Source: OCS116 cluster bacterium AG-390-A19
GTDB lineage: Bacteria; Pseudomonadota; Alphaproteobacteria; MED-G09
Direction: 5' to 3'
Length of the DNA: 64,000 nt
Assembly (NCBI GenBank): GCA_003278145.1
Contig: QCGV01000002.1
Span: 154,124-218,123 of the forward strand
Each line of letters starts with the position of its first letter. Position 1 is the first letter of the stretch. Positions 61,092 to 64,000 of the stretch are shown piece by piece. Position numbers and translations under genes: made by a program. The notes beneath the pieces were generated by a model. The model searched no databases. It had not been told where the DNA came from and was given only the letters and a program-made list of their open reading frames with translations.

Positions 61092-62114
61092 TTGCAAGAT
61101 AAAAAAAAGAAAATAGTTTTTTCGGGTGTTCAGCCAACTGGGGCTCTTCATCTTGGTAACTATTTAGGCGCGATTAAAAACTTTGTGGACCTTCAGGAAG
61201 ATCATGATTGTTTGTATTGTATCGTAGATCTTCATGCTGTCACAGTTTGGCAAAATCCAAATGATTTGAAATCTAATATTTTAGATGTAGCTTCTATTTA
61301 TTTGGCTTCAGGAATAGATCCAAAGAAGTCAACAATATTTGTTCAATCAACAGTTCCTTATCATTCCGAATTATCATGGATACTTAACTGTGTTACAAGA
61401 ATTGGTTGGCTCAATAGAATGACACAATTTAAAGAAAAGGCTGGGAAGAATAGGGAAAATGTATCTTCTGGTCTTTATACATATCCAAACTTAATGGCTG
61501 CAGATATTTTATTGTATTTTTCCGATTTAGTTCCTGTAGGTGATGACCAAAAGCAACACTTAGAGTTAACTCGTGATATTGCCCAAAAATTTAATAATGA
61601 TTATTCAGATTTTGGTGGTAAAGATTTTTTTCCTATTCCAAACCCCATAATAATGGATGAGTCTTCAAGAGTGATGTCCTTGAGAGATGGGACAAAAAAA
61701 ATGTCAAAATCTGATCCTTCAGCAATGAGTAGAATTGAATTTAAAGATAGCAATGATCTAATAGTTAAAAAGATATCTAAAGCAAAAACTGATCCTCTAC
61801 CAATCCCAAATAATGTTAATGACCTTGAAACCAGACCAGAGGTACACAATTTAATATCAATTTTTTCTTCTTTAGCAGGTTTGAAAATAACAACTGTGTT
61901 GAATGATTATTCTGGGAAACAATTTTCTGAATTTAAAAAGGACTTATCAGATCTTTTAATAGAAAATATTGAACCAATAAGAGATGAACTGATAAGGTTG
62001 GATAATGATCATTCATTTTTACTTGATATTTTAGAAAAGGGTACTAATGAGGCAATGAAGAGGTCGAGTCTTAATATGAAAAAGATTAGAGATATTGTCG
62101 GTCTAGGTTATTAA
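61092..62114 (+). CDS. trpS: tryptophan--tRNA ligase
   Basis: HLGNYLG (HIGH) and KMSKS motifs. Confidence 0.95.
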   Translation: MQDKKKKIVFSGVQPTGALHLGNYLGAIKNFVDLQEDHDCLYCIVDLHAVTVWQNPNDLKSNILDVASIYLASGIDPKKSTIFVQSTVPYHSELSWILNCVTRIGWLNRMTQFKEKAGKNRENVSSGLYTYPNLMAADILLYFSDLVPVGDDQKQHLELTRDIAQKFNNDYSDFGGKDFFPIPNPIIMDESSRVMSLRDGTKKMSKSDPSAMSRIEFKDSNDLIVKKISKAKTDPLPIPNNVNDLETRPEVHNLISIFSSLAGLKITTVLNDYSGKQFSEFKKDLSDLLIENIEPIRDELIRLDNDHSFLLDILEKGTNEAMKRSSLNMKKIRDIVGLGY

Positions 62115-62130
62115 AATTAAAGAGGTTATT

Positions 62131-62598
62131 TTGAAAGAAAATTTTTTAGCCGTTTTTGATGGAACTGATGAATGCAAATCAGCAGTTAGATATGCCGCAA
62201 GAAGGGCAAAGATAAATAATGCTGGATTATTAATTGTGGCAACTGTTGATACTGCTGAATTTACATATTGGTTAAGTGTTAATAACAAAATGATCGACGA
62301 TATTGAGAAAGAATCTAGAGAGGCATTAGAAGAGCTATCAATTAATATTAATTCATATTCAGACATTACATGTAATTATATTATTGAGCATGGGTCAAAA
62401 TTAGAGGCTGTTAAAAATTTGATTAGTCTTGATAATTCAATTTCTTTGCTTATTTTAGCTTCAAATAAAAAAGATAAAAATCCAGGTATATTAGTTGAAA
62501 CTATATCTGGTGAAGGCTATTCAATACCGGTTGTGGTAATACCAGGGAATTTATCTGATAGTGATATTGATAAACTTGCTGGTTTTGACAATTTATAA
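62131..62598 (+). CDS. universal stress protein (UspA family)
   Basis: 155 aa alpha/beta UspA-like pattern (AVFDGTDE..., VVVIPG). Confidence 0.65.
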   Translation: MKENFLAVFDGTDECKSAVRYAARRAKINNAGLLIVATVDTAEFTYWLSVNNKMIDDIEKESREALEELSININSYSDITCNYIIEHGSKLEAVKNLISLDNSISLLILASNKKDKNPGILVETISGEGYSIPVVVIPGNLSDSDIDKLAGFDNL

Positions 62599-62609
62599 AA
62601 GGAGATATT

Positions 62610-63155
62610 ATGTTTATTCAAACTGAAGAGACCCCAAATCCTGCTACTATGAAATTTATTCCTGGTAAAGACGTTACAGGTGAAAGTGGCAAGACTTTTT
62701 ATTTTAAAAATTCAGATGAGGCCTCCTCCTCTCCTTTAGCGCTATCTCTATTTGATGTTGATGGCGTCGTAGGAGTCTTTTTTGGTTATGATTTTTTAAC
62801 AATAACTATTGAAGGTATAGAATGGCAAAACATTAAACCATCAATCCTAAGTATAATTATGAATCATTATGTATCTGAAAGCCCCATCTTTATAGAAGAA
62901 TTTGATCAGTCTGATCAGACGGAAATTTTAGATGAAGTTTCTGAAAAAATAAAAGACATAATATCTACTCATATTAGGCCTGCAGTTGCCCAAGATGGAG
63001 GAGATATAGTTTTTGAAAATTTTAAAGATGGAATTGTTTATGTGAGTATGAAAGGATCTTGTGATGGCTGCCCTTCATCAACAATGACGCTTAAAAATGG
63101 CGTAGAAAACCTTTTGAAACATTATATCCCAGAGGTTCAAGGTGTCAGTATTTGA
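62610..63155 (+). CDS. NifU-like Fe-S cluster scaffold protein (Nfu N-domain + NifU C-domain)
   Basis: IQTEETPNP..MKF Nfu_N start and C-terminal CxxC NifU motif GSCDGCPSS. Confidence 0.8.
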   Translation: MFIQTEETPNPATMKFIPGKDVTGESGKTFYFKNSDEASSSPLALSLFDVDGVVGVFFGYDFLTITIEGIEWQNIKPSILSIIMNHYVSESPIFIEEFDQSDQTEILDEVSEKIKDIISTHIRPAVAQDGGDIVFENFKDGIVYVSMKGSCDGCPSSTMTLKNGVENLLKHYIPEVQGVSI

Positions 63156-63732
63156 CTTAAAAAGTAAAAATTTAATTTTCAAAAAAGCGAGAACGCATAA
63201 CGATTGGTTAGATCAAGATATTTCCAATGATATTTTAAAGGAAATTTATGACTTAATGAAATGGGGTCCAACAAGTGCTAATTGTTCTCCTGCTAGAATT
63301 ATTTTCGTTAAGTCTAAAGTTTCAAAAGATAGACTTTTACCTTTTGTAATAGAGTCTAATCTTGAAAAGACAAAATCAGCTCCTGTAACAGCAATTATTG
63401 GATATGATATTAATTTTCACGATCATCTACCCAAACTATTTCCACATAATCTAGATGCTCAAAATTGGTTTAATCATTCCATAGATATTGCAGAAGAAAC
63501 GGCTTTTAGAAATGGATCAATGCAGGGGGCATATTTTATAATTGCTGCAAGAGCTCTTGGTCTTGACTGTGGTCCAATGTCTGGATTTGACAAAGAGGGT
63601 GTCGATAATGAATTTTTTAGAGGTACAAATATAAAGTCAAACTTTTTATGTAACCTTGGTTATGGAGATAAAACAAAATTATTTGAAAGGTCGCCAAGAT
63701 TTAAATTTAATGAAATTTGTGAGATCATATAA
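63142..63732 (+). CDS. nitroreductase-family reductase, RutE-like (malonic semialdehyde reductase type)
   Basis: Near-collinear match to E. coli RutE as recalled (ARTHN.W...LMKWGPTSANCSPARI.F, PVTAI, LFPH, ETAFRN.SMQ.AY.I.A.RALGLD.GPMSGFD, KSN.L.N.GYGD). Confidence 0.75.
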   Translation: MSVFDLKSKNLIFKKARTHNDWLDQDISNDILKEIYDLMKWGPTSANCSPARIIFVKSKVSKDRLLPFVIESNLEKTKSAPVTAIIGYDINFHDHLPKLFPHNLDAQNWFNHSIDIAEETAFRNGSMQGAYFIIAARALGLDCGPMSGFDKEGVDNEFFRGTNIKSNFLCNLGYGDKTKLFERSPRFKFNEICEII

Positions 63733-63734
63733 TT

Positions 63735-64000
63735 TTGACTTTTTTGTGTGTTAATACTTCACTAAACAGCTGTTCTATTAATTTAGTTTCTGAAAATAAA
63801 AATATTATATTTTACGAAAATAAATCAAATCCTCCTTCAGATATTATCTCAATATTAGTTAGAGAATCTCTAGAAAGTGCATCATTACAAGTGAGCGATA
63901 TTTCCGGTATAATAACGATTATAGGCCCAGGTAATTATACAAGTATAAGGGTTGGTATAGCTTTTAGTCTTGGTTTATCAAAAAGCCAATCTATACCGAT
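63735..64000 (+). CDS. tsaB: tRNA threonylcarbamoyladenosine biosynthesis protein TsaB (YeaZ), N-terminal part; runs off the right edge
   Basis: Frame opens after TGA at 63720. Probable TTG start at 63735. Translation ..LCVNTSLNSCSINLV....GPGNYTSIRVGIAFSLGLS matches the TsaB N-terminus (I.IDTS...CS.AL...GPGSFTG.R.G). Confidence 0.55.
   Translation, partial: MTFLCVNTSLNSCSINLVSENKNIIFYENKSNPPSDIISILVRESLESASLQVSDISGIITIIGPGNYTSIRVGIAFSLGLSKSQSIP

Noticed and set aside
1-64000. CRISPR arrays, IS elements, restriction-modification or toxin-antitoxin loci
   Set aside because: No spacer-repeat periodicity, no transposase/integrase/Cas-like translations, no methyltransferase/endonuclease pairs. 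The small ORF pair at 13836-14198 has no recognisable toxin or antitoxin fold, so a toxin-antitoxin label is unsupported.

Overview
This 64-kb window is a very AT-rich, tightly packed alphaproteobacterial chromosome segment. Low GC, extreme gene packing and the synteny blocks suggest a SAR11/Pelagibacterales-like genome, but that is inference. About 70 genes are called, nearly all conserved housekeeping functions, and many neighbours overlap by 1-40 nt. No CRISPR array, transposase, integrase or recognisable defence island was found.

The window most likely spans the chromosomal replication origin. The conserved alphaproteobacterial origin cluster is present on both sides of a 417-bp intergenic gap at 35692-36108:
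- Left, on the minus strand: rho, mnmE, mnmG, rsmG, parA, parB.
- Right, on the plus strand: ppsR-like PDRP, maf, aroE, coaE, dnaQ.
- The gap is extremely AT-rich and carries two perfect CtrA-type TTAA-N7-TTAAC boxes and a near-consensus DnaA box.
- It coincides with a local switch in gene strand.

Other notable elements:
- A clear cobalamin riboswitch sits upstream of a BtuB-like TonB-dependent receptor.
- A canonical PII (GlnB/GlnK) protein carries an in-frame N-terminal ribbon-helix-helix-like extension. It lies next to a tRNA-Gly(GCC), and glnD is encoded in the same window.
- A tandem pair of tiny basic ORFs, one with three YRG repeats, sits between the riboswitch and the tRNA.
- Also present: an OmpR-type regulator with an aspartate-less pseudo-receiver, a gammaproteobacterial-type NhaB antiporter, a grpE-dnaK-dnaJ block with a sigma32-like promoter, and a complete hisBHAFE block.

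All calls rest on reading the supplied translations and the nucleotide sequence. No database search was run.
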